Origin: Octopus vulgaris
Taxonomy: Eukaryota
Assembly: GCA_951406725.2 (NCBI GenBank)
Contig: OX597825.1
Span: 3,162,001-3,226,000, forward strand
DNA length: 64,000 nt
Direction: 5' to 3'
This document shows, one piece after another, positions 41,073 to 55,429 of the stretch. Under the pieces are notes generated by a model. That model was not told the origin of the DNA. It saw only the letters and a list, made by a program, of their open reading frames with translations, and did not search any database. The number at the start of each line of letters is the position of its first letter. Within the stretch, counting starts at the first letter, position 1. A program made the translations under genes and the position numbers.

Positions 41073-41188
41073 CATCTATTTATCTATCTATCTGTCTGTC
41101 TATCTATCTATCTATATATCTATCTATCTATCTATTTATCTATCTATCTATCTGTCTATCTATCTATCAATCTATCTATCTATCTATC

Positions 41189-41219
<31 letters not shown>

Positions 41220-41283
41220 CTATTTATCTATCTATCTATATATCTATATTTCTGTCTATCTATCTATCTATCAATCTATCTGT
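41073..41283. repeat. (TCTA)n microsatellite
   Basis: Read directly. Confidence 0.95.
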
Positions 41284-42566
41284 ATAATGTGTGGGGTTTT
41301 GTTCATAGGTGATCTAAACGAACAAGTACGCTGAGTAGGTGCTGTAACGGATTACCAGAGCTCCAAACTCGTAATCGAGATAGGAGTTATGGAATCATTT
41401 TAGGTTTCCAATATTGCAGATATATATTTGTTAAAGCGGGCAACAAACGTTAAGGCAAGACAAACATTGCAAGTCATAAACATTATTAGTACTAAAAAAA
41501 TTAAAGTCTTACTGCTGTTTCTGGGATATCTGAAAATATGGATTAACCCATCTTCGGAGAGGAAAATGGAAAATGTGAAGGGTATACATTAGGGAAACAA
41601 TTAAATAATGAGATGGAGAAATAAAGAAATAAAGAAATGAAGTAAAAAAGAAAATATAACGATAAAGTTCAGAGTTCAACTTTCCGATAGTTTGGATGTT
41701 GGACCATAGGTTTTGAGGTAGAATATTAGGTAAATCCAGGTATGATTAGATTTTTCACAGTATAAAATATCCAGAGAGTATCACGACCATATTGATGGTT
41801 TGTAAGAGAATGATAGCAGAAGTAGGTATTGGTGAGAAAGAAGAATAAAAGATAGAGAATTATTGGTAGGGTACCAGAGGGATAGAGAGAGGAGGAGGAA
41901 TGTAATTGACAGATCATTGGCGAGGATTGGTAGGAAGATTAAAATAAGGATTATAAAAATATAATGTACAAGAATAAACAAGAAGTTAAATAAAGAAATA
42001 TACAAGGAGAAATAAGGGTACAGATAAAAGGAGAGGGGAGGAAGGTAAAGGTGTATACAGTAAAAAATATAAAAATAAAATAAAATTAATTTAAAGTCAT
42101 TGAAAGGTTATGAAGCGAATAATAGATGCCGACGCTTTCCTCAATTATTTGGGAGTTGGAGCAGGAAGTCAGGGAGTAAGTATTTGTGTTTGTTTTATGG
42201 CTACGGCCACTGGTTATAGATATATTCCAAGCTCTGGGCGTATGACTATCTTGAAGGATGAATGTGTAATTAGGTGTGAATTCGAGAGACCAGTTAAATG
42301 TTAAATAATTTAGCAATAAATGTTACAACTTAAGGCTAGGAGATCTAGATTAATGTTTTAAAAATAAACTCAAGAATTAACAGTTACCTTGTAAGGTACC
42401 AATAGAAAAGATATACATGGGTATACAATAATGAATATGGAGGTATATAGGTAAACGTTATGTATGAGGGAAACGTTTACACATGGATTTATAGAAGAAT
42501 TTAAAAGTGTGGAAGAATATGTTTACACGCTGTGAAGGCTTCATGGATATTGTTGAGTAATTGAGT

Positions 42567-42599
<33 letters not shown>

Positions 42600-42692
42600 G
42601 GATGATATCTAAAAACCACGTTAAATGTTCATATCGCACCATGAGATAAGACAAAGGGACAAAATAGATTAGCAAAAAGATATTACTGAATA

Positions 42693-42751
42693 ATTCAAGA
42701 TTCTGGATTTCTAGCTTTGCTTTAAATAAGCTTTGCCGTCATCAGTTGAAT
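42693..42751 (-). ncRNA. Candidate type I hammerhead ribozyme, partly degenerate
   Basis: Minus strand reads AUUCAA-CUGAUGA-CGGC AAA GCUU AUUUA AAGC AAA GCUA-GAAA-UCCAGAA-UC-UUGAAU. Stem I is a perfect 6 bp, both cores are intact and the triplet is AUC. The first stem II pair and stem III are imperfect. Confidence 0.6.
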
Positions 42752-43267
42752 ATATTAGAGCACACAAATACAAATACATATATGCAGAACAAACGTTATC
42801 CTTACATATACGATATGGTGCGATATGAACAGTTAACGTGGTTTTTAGAGTCAGGGATTTGACAGTTATTTCGGCATGGTGGTGTCTCTCAGACACCCTT
42901 ATTTCTAGTTATATATATATATATATATATATATATACAACATATACATGCATATTTCAACATCTACTTGTGAGGGTATGTGTTTGTACTAAGCACACAC
43001 ATCTACTCATATAACCATAAATATAAATACGTCTGTACTTACAACCGATTACATCATTTGACTTACATTATTAACATTTGCCTTTTTCTGTGTCATTCGA
43101 CTGATTTGATCCGCATAATTCGAAAAGTTCTGACACATAGTTAAACAAAAGAACTGACGCAACGTTTGTATGAGAGAAAACTGTAATTCCTTTATCTTCT
43201 GTCACACAACATTCAGAAAACGGTGCTTTGACATTTTCAAAATAAATTTTCAACAGAATATTAGCAG

Positions 43268-43481
<214 letters not shown>

Positions 43482-44491
43482 TGTCATAAAGATCATTTCT
43501 CATTTGAAGACAATATCTTAAATGATTGGAAAAGAAATTCTACAATCTTTTTAGAATATCAATGTAGAAAATCAGGCATCCAAGGAAATAAGCCGTGGCC
43601 TTCGTCGGATAAATTCGAATGTCGCAAACAAATAAATTTTTCTACTGATCTGATTTCCCGTGACGATTGGAAATCCAAAACTTTGAAGAAATTTCCCGAC
43701 TTTGTTTTCTTTTTCCGTAACTTTTTCTTCTTCATTTCTGTTTTACATTTCTTTCGTTCTTTCTTTCTTTGTTTCATTCATTCATTCTTTAGTTCTTTCT
43801 TTAATTATTTCAACTTCCTTCTCCAACATATTATCGCATCCCGCTTCACCAAGAGCATTTTCCGTTTCACCGTGATCATTACCACCTCTATCTCAGCACT
43901 CTCTTAACACTTCTAGAGACAGAAAGAAAAGCAGAGAAATGGGTAGAGAGAGAAGGGGAATGGGAGAAAGAGGGAGGAGAGTAAGAAAGAAAATAAGGCA
44001 GAAATTTGTAAATATACCGTATTGAAATATTGTCCAATTGCGGATAAGTAATGTAATACATTTTGTGGGGCGGGGGTAGGCTGGAAAAATTCTCAGATGT
44101 AAAAAGTGTATCAACCCAAATAGGCACGATGTTTGATGGATTAAATTGTGAGCGGTGGTAGACCAGCTAATAATTCCAGTTAAGTTTTTTGGCTTGAATT
44201 ATTATTACTGAGATATAATTTAAGGCGATAAAATGGCGCAATCGTACGACAGAGGATGAAATGCTTTCGGACATTTCCTCTGTCGCTTTATTTTCTGAGT
44301 TCAAATTCCACTCAAATCGACATTGGATATCATCCTCTCGAACTCGATACAATGAGTACAAGTAAAGTACAAATGTTGTAAAAATGGACTTGTTGTTCCT
44401 CTCAGATTTCTAGTTTTTACCTACAAATAGAAACAAAATATTACTTAATATATGCCATCTGTCAGGACTAATGTTGTAGTATTGACAGAAT

Positions 44492-44777
44492 CATAGGTTC
44501 TCAAAGTGGGCGCTACAGCCCACCGATGGGCATTGAGAGGGTCCAGGTCGGCACTAGTGTCTAAGGGGTTGGTGCGGGTTAGCGGTAGAGACAAAGGAGG
44601 AGTTGTGAGTAGAGTATTGTATAAAAATTTTATAATATATTAAATATCAAATGATTCATAGTATATATAAATTAATGAAATATAAAATACTTATTTATAC
44701 ATAAAAATAGGGACCGGGGCGCTGAGGGTATTATGTGGTCATGAGGATGTGGGTCCCAAAACGCTTCAGAACCTCTG
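44492..44777. mobile_element. hAT/Charlie-like MITE
   Basis: Termini CATAGGTTCTCAAAGT and ACGCTTCAGAACCTCTG resemble CAGTGGTTCTCAAA-type TIRs, with GC-rich subterminal blocks and an AT-rich core. The 8-bp TSD is not cleanly preserved. Confidence 0.6.
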
Positions 44778-47094
44778 GTGTAGATGGATTAGTCCTGAGG
44801 ATGATAGGGAACCGGATGTAGAGTGGTCTGAATTTCAAGAACAATTTCAGTAAAACACCGGAATTTCGCTCCAGCAGTTTGTAATGAACAATATATGGAT
44901 TAGAGCAGAATCTATACGATAAAGTAAAGTCAGTCGCCACATCATATTTTAGTTCATATAGTTACTACTCTGGTCTCTTCTGGAGATTTTAGAACTAGCT
45001 ATTTTGCGTGTTGCAAATATATTGATTATAGTTTATAAATAAAGAATTATAGAACATAAATTAAGCACGGTGTCTGCAAGAACTCTCACCGTCATAACAT
45101 GATAACCATATATGCAGAAAATACAATATATTGATCATGATATATTAATATGCGTGTGTGCATACGTGTTAGTGGCGCTTGCAGAAGCGAAATACAGAAC
45201 ATAGATAGAAATCACAGGTGAGATATTTACAAGACGATGAATTATAAAGCCTATATACTGTACAGTGTTAAACCTTCACAGGCAAAGTAATCACTCCGTA
45301 TTTGCTTCCCATGTTACATACATATAATCATGTTAAAGCATGAAAGATGGCAAAATTAAAGAATTAAACAAACATATATCATAAAATCTCAAGGTTGCCT
45401 TTAAAGGTTGCACGGTGATATTAATGGAAAGCACACTCAGGTGTGTTTGAGGTATACATTAAAATCATTCTAGACGGAGATACTGCGGTCCAAGACATGG
45501 CTTTCACCCTTGGTTTTCCTTGAGGTCTAGCAACCAAATTATTTGAGAGCTGCTAATGTTGTCGGCAGGTGAAGTTTTGTAGAGATTCACAGAATTGCAA
45601 TACAAATTTCCAAATTATTAGGGAACGTGTTGCTCGAACACCAAATAGGGCCGATGCGGTTTTACTATAAATTTTTGAAGCAATGCTGTAGAGAGGATGA
45701 CAGGGAATGAAATAAAAGTGCTTTATGGAGTTTTGGACGTAGAAAATTAGCTGCATATTAGAAATGAGAGAAGTGAGATGTAAGAAAAACAGAAGAGCTT
45801 GAAGTAGAGATATTTGGATAAAAGAGTAAATAATAACCCATGAGTCTCTGGTGATAGGTAAACAAACATACACACAAACACACTCGTTTATATTTGTTTA
45901 TATGTATATATTTTATATTTTTATGTGAGCGCATTTGTGTGTGTGTATACGTTATCTTCACAGCGTAATATTTGTAAATGAGTTTAACTATGAAACAAGC
46001 AATGCCCTTCGTTTCCAATATTTTGCGAAAACATGACCGGCCATGGGGAAATATTAGCTTCTTTGCAAACAGGTGTGTGTCAGTTTATGAATATTTACCT
46101 CAACAAATCACGTTCTACCCATGAAAGCATGTTTACGTTCAAGAGAATGTAAACATTGATATTTGGATGAATTATTGCAATATTATTCTAGGGTGTTAAA
46201 TGTGGGATATAATATACCACTCATTATTATAATATTTTAATTGAATTAACGAGCGACAGCAAACAACCAGAAATATCAATTATTATCAAATCAAATCTAA
46301 AGAAATCATTTCTGTAATCTGATTCAACTGGCGTTCAGACTGTCATACTTAACAGAATATAAGGAAAAGAAAAGTTATTTTAGAAGCATTAGTATTATTC
46401 AGAAAATAGAAATTGCATGTGTCCATGAGAGATGTTATCAGGAAGCATAAGTATGGTAATGGTTTGTCTTTTGTTCTTCGATGGTGATGGAAAACGTCAT
46501 CTACATTTTCTTTTCTCCATATGATCGCAGTTTTAGGTTTTATTTACAGCTATTGAAAAACAAAAGTGCGTGTTTCTGTTCATGCTTACATGCTTACATA
46601 CACATTGTTCTATATATACACGATCATATACACACAAAAAGAGACAAAAGTGATAAGTGGTGAAGTAACAATAGAGAATCAGAAAATCATGTGATAATAT
46701 TTTTATCATATTCCATCCAGAATATAAAAATCATTTCATATCAAAATCTGTTATTTTGGGAAATTTCTAAGAATATATATATATAGAATAGCAGATAAAA
46801 AGGAAATTTGTTTAATCTTGAAATCCAATACGCTTCTCTAATAAAGATTAGATGCTTACTTATGAATAAGTATATATTTAAACAAGTTCTGCAAAAAATT
46901 GTTCCTATTTTGGAGCTTAATTCACTTCTCATTTACATGTTACTTAAAAAAAGATTTTATTTTAAATACTCAGTCTCTCTATCTCTCTCTCTCTCTCTCT
47001 CACACACAGACACACACACACACTCACACGTTCACAGTCGTACACCACACAACGCAACTGATATATATATATATATATCTGTGTGTGTATGTGT

Positions 47095-47260
47095 GTTAGA
47101 AGCTGGAATAGCTTTGAGAAAAGAAGTTTGCTTCTGAACAACATGGTTTTGAGTTTCACTGCATGTCACTGTGACGAGTGTCTTCTACAATGGCTTTGGG
47201 CCAGCCACAGTATTGGCAATGGATTTGGTAGAGGAAACTGAAAAAAAGGATCTCATGTAT
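47095..47260 (+). mobile_element. Degenerate SINE family C head
   Basis: AGAAGTTTGCTTCTGAACAACATGG...GTGTCTTCTACAATGGCTTTGGGCC...GGATTTGGTAGAGGAAACTGAAA. Confidence 0.6.
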
Positions 47261-47835
47261 GTGCCTACACACACACACACAGACGCTGACACACGCATAC
47301 TCATACACACACATAAACACAAGAAAACACACACATAATCGCTACAATTATATCGATCTATCTACCATCAGTTACTCACGAATAGGATACCTATCATCTG
47401 TCTTAGATGTATCCGTCCGTGTAGATGTATTTCTCAAGTGACAAGAAATATCTCGTTAATATAACGTCCGTTGTTCCGCAAGAGTTCTTCTTCATATATG
47501 TATATGAAAGCAGTAAACTAATGGACACAGCTTCATCATTACACAAGATTAATAACAAATATCAGATTCCAACAAGAACAAATACACAATACACCAAAAA
47601 TGATTATTTTGACGAGATGCCTTTTTTATCCTGAGAAGACACATCTACAGCGACAGATGCATTGAAATCATATGTTCAGTACCCAACCTATAAGGAAACG
47701 ATGCTAGTGGGGCCGAAACAGTTGTAGTAATAAATAACCATTCGCGTACCTTCCATCTTCCGTCTCTCTAATTAACGGACTCTCAAAAAGTGAACGTGAT
47801 TTACAGTTAAACTAAACCATATGATTTATTTAATG

Positions 47836-47874
47836 AATATATATATATATTTATATATGCATACATACATACAT

Positions 47875-47933
<59 letters not shown>

Positions 47934-47976
47934 TATGTGTATATATATATATGTATATATATATGTATATATATAT

Positions 47977-48071
<95 letters not shown>

Positions 48072-48135
48072 TATAGATAGACAGATGGATGGATAGATGG
48101 ATGGATGGGCGGTTGGATGGTGGATGGATGGATAA
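47836..48135. repeat. Compound microsatellite (AT)n to (AGAT)n to (GGAT)n
   Basis: Read directly. Confidence 0.95.
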
Positions 48136-48872
48136 ATAGAGAGAGATAAACAGATAGAGTGACAGATAGTACTATTTACGAGATACTTTAAAATTACTAC
48201 AATTGATTCGACTCATTTTCGAACCAGTAGGTCATATTCGATGTGCTGTCCAATCAACGGTCTCACATTTCCGGTATAGAATGGGCCTCTTCAAGTGATT
48301 TCTTAAATAATTTCCTCACTATATCTTCTCGCCATACATAAAACATTAGTTAATCCACGAAAATCTTGAGCAATGAAAAAAGGCTTTGCTCGAAGTAGGC
48401 AGATGTATTTTGTTGTTCAGGTGGCTTTAAATATTTATTTATTTGTTTTGTTACATTAAACATAAGAGTAGAAAGGAATAGATTATACTTAAATAAACAC
48501 GTTTTCTTTGCTCCTTAGCAAATTCACAATCCTCAAGAGGCAGTTTTTGATTCTACCGTATCATTAGATATGTTCCTCATAGTTTCCTATTATATGTTCC
48601 ACTATATCATATATTGGTCTCTACATCTCAAATTTCACTTCTTGTTTAAGTCCAGAATGCGGTTTGTATTAGGTTTGACTGTTACATGTAGTAAATCAGT
48701 TTTCCACCCACATTTTTAATGCACGCCTAAAAGGTATTCTGTTTGTTGGAACAATAATTGTAGCTCTTTGTATTCAGGTCAGGGCTTGCATGAATCAAGA
48801 TCTGTCATGTTTCATAATGATCAGTTATGTTGGTTGCGTTAACGAGTATTAACTTTCAAATGCATTTGAGCG

Positions 48873-48905
<33 letters not shown>

Positions 48906-51719
48906 AGAAAGGGCGTTGACAGAAAGAGGGAGAGAGAGTGTGAGAGGGAGAATATTAAACGTGGCAAAGCCTTCGCTCAATCTGTGCAGGGATTTCAGCT
49001 ACCATGACTCATGCATAACATTCAATGATTCGAAACACCTCATATGCCGATATTTCAAAATATTTGTGGTGGTGAAAAAAGGAATATATCAGAAACTGAA
49101 ATTCAGTTTTTTAGCTTGTTTTCAGCATGCTTTAGATTTATGGGATAAATTAAGGGGGGAAAATCGAAATGAATTTCATTAATTTTAGGTGGATCATCCT
49201 CGACCCCTTCTACCTGAAAGTGCTCAATCCAGGATTTCAACTGCATTTTCACCACAATGAAAGAAATATATGTGAACATAGCCCTTCTCATATATTGTCG
49301 AACATTACACAGTTTCGGCGTCATCGTATACAGCATAGGTTGTCATCGATAATATTTATAGTTAAATGTATTTTGCTATACGTCGCAATTCAGGGTCATT
49401 ATTTCCTTTAAAAGGGTACAATGCATTGTTCATGGACGACAAAACAAAGATTAATAATGGATGAAACATCACAAGTTGTCAGAAAACTGTGTGTGATTTT
49501 CTGCTCTTAATCAATGTTCCGTATTGAAAGGCAAACGAATGAAATTGAAGTACAAATCACGCACGACAAAACGCAAATGAATGCATGCTTCATGTCAAAA
49601 TATTTGATTCACTGAACTGCCAGAGGGTGTATTTTACAAAAGGGTTATAAGAAAAGAGCAGCAGCGGTGAGTAGCAAGAGACTCCAAAGAAGATTCAACT
49701 GTTTGTGTAGTTTTAGCATTATATAATGATCGAATTCGGAAGGAAAACCGGTTACAATATGAGAATCTAACACTCGACGCAGAAGCCAAAAACCAACACA
49801 AGATGCAGTATCAAAGCCAGGCATTAGTATACAATTAATACAAAATTATAAGAGACAGTTGACAATAAAAATTTCAGCATTCCTGGCCTATTACTTGTCG
49901 GTGCATTGGAACTTGAAAATGCTATTCGCTGCTGTAATTAATCAATGGAGGACAGCTTCATTTTTCAAAGGAATGAGTCTTCAGAACAAACGCTATTCTT
50001 TAGGGAATGGGTAGGATATTTCATGTCAATCGATATTTGGAAACTCTTGTGTTTCCCCAGTAGAAGCTATACCAGATTATTGAACCAAACATTTGCACCT
50101 CTTGAATGTGAATTCAAGTAACACATTATTTGTTCTTCATTCAATGCCTGCTATTATAAATCGCTATGTTCACCCCGAACGACGAGGATCCAAACGGTGA
50201 TTCTTCATGATATTCGGAATATTCGAACGAGAATATGCCAATCCATGTTCAATTTCTTCTGTTGTCAGACATATGTAGGCTTATTATATGTGGTTGTTCG
50301 AGAAGGGTTTGGCTCCTAATATAAACATACCATGGTCTAATATATGTAACATGTTACTGGTACTTATTTGTGACTTCCCCAAACAAATTATTTACTGATA
50401 TCTACCAATGTGTAATGGTTGTTGATTTATATTGTCGGTTGTAAAGGAGAACGGATGGTGTATGAATTTCTTAGGTCCCCGTATGCTTTCTATAACCAAT
50501 CCATAAAATAGAGGAAAACTCCGGGAATTGATGTTTGTTTTTCTTCATTAGTGCAGGTCACGGGCATTATTTAAGTTATTTCATATTTCATGTTTCAAAA
50601 GAATATGGAAAAAATTGAGATGAGTGGCAATAACCGAAACTAGGGCAGCTTAAATTCATACATTAACCGTTACAGCATCAATAATTTAAGGATATCTACT
50701 GTGGGAAGCAATTTCATAAGCTACAAAATGATTCGCGAACGAATGTCTGATATGAATTTTTAGACACATCGATGTGTTAAACAAGAACAACGATTTCGGT
50801 CAATAGTGACTTTAAGTAGAATAAATAAACTCTGAAACATAAACAACATGAGATTTAAATAAAATAAATATATTTACTAGTCTTGTGATTTTGTCGACAC
50901 ATTTACATTCAACACTTTTAGAACAGTATTTCACTGATAAATTTCAGAAGGATGAAGGAATATGTCCCTTTTAGACATCTCCTGAGATCTTAACATTGCT
51001 AATTGTTTTTCCAGGCTATTTTACTCCGGTGAGATCGATGGAATTAATGTTTCTTTTGAAGCTTTGCAATTAACACCAAAGGACTACAAACCGTTAATTT
51101 CACGCCAACCTCTTCCGACATGAGTTCAATCTTAGTATTGAATCTAACCCCCACCCCTCCATATTTTAGTATTCTCCTCTTCTATTCTTATAATTGTTAT
51201 TCATGTCATACTCCGCTTCACTCTCTCAAAAACCCACACCATACATCCTCATATTCCTAAAGCCTACACTTTATTTTCACACCATCATCCTTCATTGGTC
51301 CCTGCTCTCTTTCTTTCTCTCCTTTAACTAGCACATTAAACGTCTTGTTTATGATATTTTAACCTGGACAAAATACGAAGATTTAATTCCCACTTTCATA
51401 TTACCCCAACAGAAAAAATCACAATCTTTGCCATTGTAGTCCTGCCACCGTTGACCACTGTTACCATTCAGGAAATTCACTTTTTCATGAGTCCCTTTCT
51501 CGGAATACTCTTGCCAACCCAACCCACAATCCCACTATTCGTCTCCTTACCCTATTCCCCTTTTCAAACATTCCCTACAGGTGCTGCTTTGTCTTTTCTT
51601 TTAGGAAAACTTCCTTTTCAAGCACTGAATTTTTTGACAAATGTCTGTGATATAGTTTGCTCATTGATTAGTGTTTTAATCATGATCATCATCATCATCA
51701 TCATCATTATTATTATTAC

Positions 51720-53644
51720 TTTTGCACTGCTATTAACACTGGAGATGTACTGCGGTGTCAGCTGTTCACTACCAGTGAATTAAGATAACACCCATTATTT
51801 TTCGAGCACTTTCCAGAGTATTCGAGCGGTTCCAAGCGGTGTTATTTGCTGCAAATGCTCCACGCTTATTGCAGCTTGTATTAGTACCACGTACGTCTCG
51901 AGATTTTTAATCACTGTTTCCAGAGCTTCGAAAATTATTGGTACAACTACCAACTTTTTCATCGATCACAACTGCTTCACCTCCCAAGTTAACGTGTCAT
52001 ATCTATCAATTTTTTTTCCTTATCGCATACCTTGTCAACAGCTGGGCATTCTATATCTATGATCCAGCATCGCTTCCTTTCTATCTCAATTAACAGAATG
52101 TCTGGTTTCCTATTCTCTATCTCTACCAATTTTTTCCACTGTCAAGTCCATACTTGTTACAAAGTGTCCAATGGACAACACTTGCTATATTGTCATGTCA
52201 TCACTTATATTCTTTCTGGGCAAGTAACGTACATTGACTGGCAATATGCCATACGTTTTCACATTTCTGTCCACAAATTCTGAACTTATCACTTTCTGAT
52301 ATGTTGTCTACTCTGTATTTGATGTAATTGATTATTCATGCTTGCTCTTGGGCAGCACAGTTTAGAAACTCCTTTTCCGGTTTTAAATCACTCTTAGTCA
52401 TCAACAGACATATTTCTTCTCTCCCTGTGTTACCTTCAACATCTCTATGCAATTGTACATGCATTATTTTCCTATCCACCTATTTGCAGTTTCATTCATT
52501 CTTAAGTGCTTGCACATTGCTTTATCTTTGTAGTCTTTCATCCTACACCAGACTGATCTTATTTCCCATAATAGTGGATCTGCGGCATTTTTTACATACC
52601 AGGCTCTGTTGTTTTTTTCTTGCTCTAATGGTGTGTTCGCATCCAATAAGTCCTCTTCCCCCTCTTTTTGTTGGTGCCTATAGTCTGTCTGCGTCACTTT
52701 TTAGGAGAAGTATATGCCATATCTAGTCCGCAACTTCTTTGTCGTTCTGTCTAAGATGTTTAGTTCGTCTAGTGTCCATGAGATTAGCTCTGCTCCATAT
52801 CTAAGTAATGAAACCACTCAGGTGTTCATAGCTTCAATCTGTTTCCGTCCGTTTAATTTGGACTTAAGAATCAGTCACAGACTGTGCAAGGACTCAACCT
52901 TAAATTTTTCTGTCATTTCTTTCTCCATCAATTCATCCATTTTCAGTATCACCATGTACTTACAGCCCGTCTCTTTTATCTGCTTCATAACCTCCCCAGA
53001 TGGTATCGCTAGCCTATCCATACAAATGGTCTTGCCTCTCTTCAAGATGTACCCATCCTTTGCTTTCCTCACAATCAATGTCAGTGGTAACAAGCACAGT
53101 ACAAATATCAGTGGGAACAGGCTGTCCACTTGTTAGAAGCCCCCGCCCCTGATTTTTATTGTCCCTAAACTTCCTCCATATGCTCTCTTTTCCGTCCTCC
53201 ACTTCATCATACTTTTTCCAAGCATTCGATGCAATGCCATACATTCATAATCCAAGATTGTGGGATCATATCGTACGCCTTACGATAGTTAACTCATAAC
53301 ATGGCTAAGTTAGTTTTTAAGCTCCCCGTTCTCTTTTAGTTCTAACACAGAAATGTCCTTGGAGAGCATATCCAACCCCGCCTGTAGTCTTCTTTTCCAC
53401 CATGTTCTTTTTTCTTTTATCACGCTCATTATATCCCTTTTTTTTTTTACTTCAACACCCACAGTTTCTGCTACAATAATATTTGCTGCCTTGCTCACAT
53501 TATTTGTTTCTGTGATTTTTTTTTTGTTCTGATGTATTTCAGAATTTACCCTAACTCATTATTCTAACCAAGTCTTCCACGAGGATATTGCTTTTGGTAG
53601 TACTTGACATCGCTGAGTCACTACGGTTTACCAGTGGATTAACC
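51720..53644 (-). mobile_element. Decayed R4/Dong-like non-LTR retrotransposon (RT plus restriction-like endonuclease)
   Basis: Minus-strand pieces include INYRKAYDMIP, DSLFPLIFVLCLLPL (the QGDSLSPL region), RKPDILLIE...CWIIDIECP (PD-D/ExK), VVVPII and LGTARILWKVL*. The 3' end abuts (ATC)n(ATT)n at ~51683-51719. Confidence 0.8.
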
Positions 53645-54004
53645 ATATCTGTGTATGTATCTATATATATGAGAAAAATAAGAAAATAATTGTTTCCTTA
53701 TCTTTCAATACATCTCTGCGCTTCTAAAGGTAACTTTGTTTACTTTCATCGGAATTTGCATTTGATATATACGACCTCAAATGCACAAGAGTAAACAAAA
53801 GACACAGAGACGGGCATAAACAAGGAAAATGCCCCTTGTATTTGAATACTATGCAAATATTCTTTTAAAAAAACTTTTCTTTTAATTTTTCCCAAATTTG
53901 ATTATTTTCCATAGTTAGAATTGAAAAAGCATCAATGACTAAAACCGGTACTGAAATGTCTTCTATAAAATTATTTTAGCATGTTCTACCTTCACTTTTT
54001 TCCA

Positions 54005-54056
<52 letters not shown>

Positions 54057-55429
54057 TATATGTGTGTGTATGTATGTATGTATGTATGTATACATATATA
54101 AGTGCGTAGTTGCACGCAGAAGTATGTAGAAATGTGTATAGAAATAGGTGTGGGGTGAATGTGTGCGGATCAGGCCATTATTCTCGGGAGACGAGAAATC
54201 TGTGCCTACAAAGAATCGATTTTCCTTTGTTGACAGCGTATTATCGATGTGAATAGAGGGAGGCCAACATATGTGGGAAAGTACCGGCTGCATTGATTGC
54301 ACTTGAAAGGAACTGTGTGGCATTCTTGTCGCGGTTATGTTTTTCCATCGATCTAACTTTTAAATCATTCACTAAACTCAACATTTACTATCGATTTTTC
54401 AATCTTTACTAATTCCAATTTCAGCAGAAGCGGTCACCACCAAAATCTGCTTACATTTCAAACTTTATGGAATGAGTTTTGAAAACAATTCTAAAACAGA
54501 GATGTGGATGCTCCAGAGGAATATTCAATAACTTGGATTTTTGTCAAAACTATCATAAAATCTCAGCATATGTGTATGTGTGTGCGTGTGTCTGTATGTT
54601 TGAGTGTGTGTGTGTGTATGTGTGTCTGCGTGAGTGTATAAAAATAGATATATATATAGAGAGAGAGAGCGTGCCAGAGGGAGATGCATTTAGTTATTAC
54701 ATGCAATCAATCCTTCCCTCTCTCACTATTTCTCTCTCTCCCTCTCTATATATCAATTAATCTATCTCTCTCTCTCTCTCACTCTCTCACTCTCTCACTC
54801 TCTGTATCTATCAATCTCTATATATACATATATATATACACACACGCATACATATATATGCATACATACATATATATATATATAATAAATATATATATAC
54901 ATGTATATACACATATACATGTATGTCTCTGTGTGTATGTTTGTGTGTGAGTGTATGCACATGCCAATATATGCCAATACACATGCCAATATATGCCAAT
55001 ACACACTGAAACGCACACACAAATACACACACACATACACAAACATACACCCCCACACACACACATATATATATATATTTCTTCTCTTACAAAGAAATTA
55101 CGTATTATCTGCAATTAATCTGATTCTAATGAATCACAGTACAAAAATGATTTTATCTTGATAAAAATACTGTTGCTTCAATAAATATTTTTTTAATAAT
55201 TTCTAGCTATTTTCCAAAGTTATCACGCAGTACTGGATGCAGTTCATAACTTTACAATATTTTTGATATTCAATCGTTTTTATGTTCACTGCAGAAATAC
55301 ATAGATAGACAGACAGACAGACAGATAGATAGATTGATAGATAGATAAATAGACTGATTGATTGAGTGAAAGATAGTGGGAGAGAGAAACAGTGAGAGAG
55401 AGTGTGAATGATTGATGGTGTGTAATAAC

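Noticed and set aside
41290-42560. Purine-skewed segment that may be a decayed retroelement
   Set aside because: No diagnostic RT or endonuclease motif could be read by eye.
47690-47730. GCCGAAACAGTTGTAG, resembling a hammerhead 3' half
   Set aside because: The CUGANGA core and stem I are not identifiable; too degenerate to call.
49450-50600. Complex-sequence block, possibly an old transposon or exon
   Set aside because: No long ORF or motif that I can assign with confidence.
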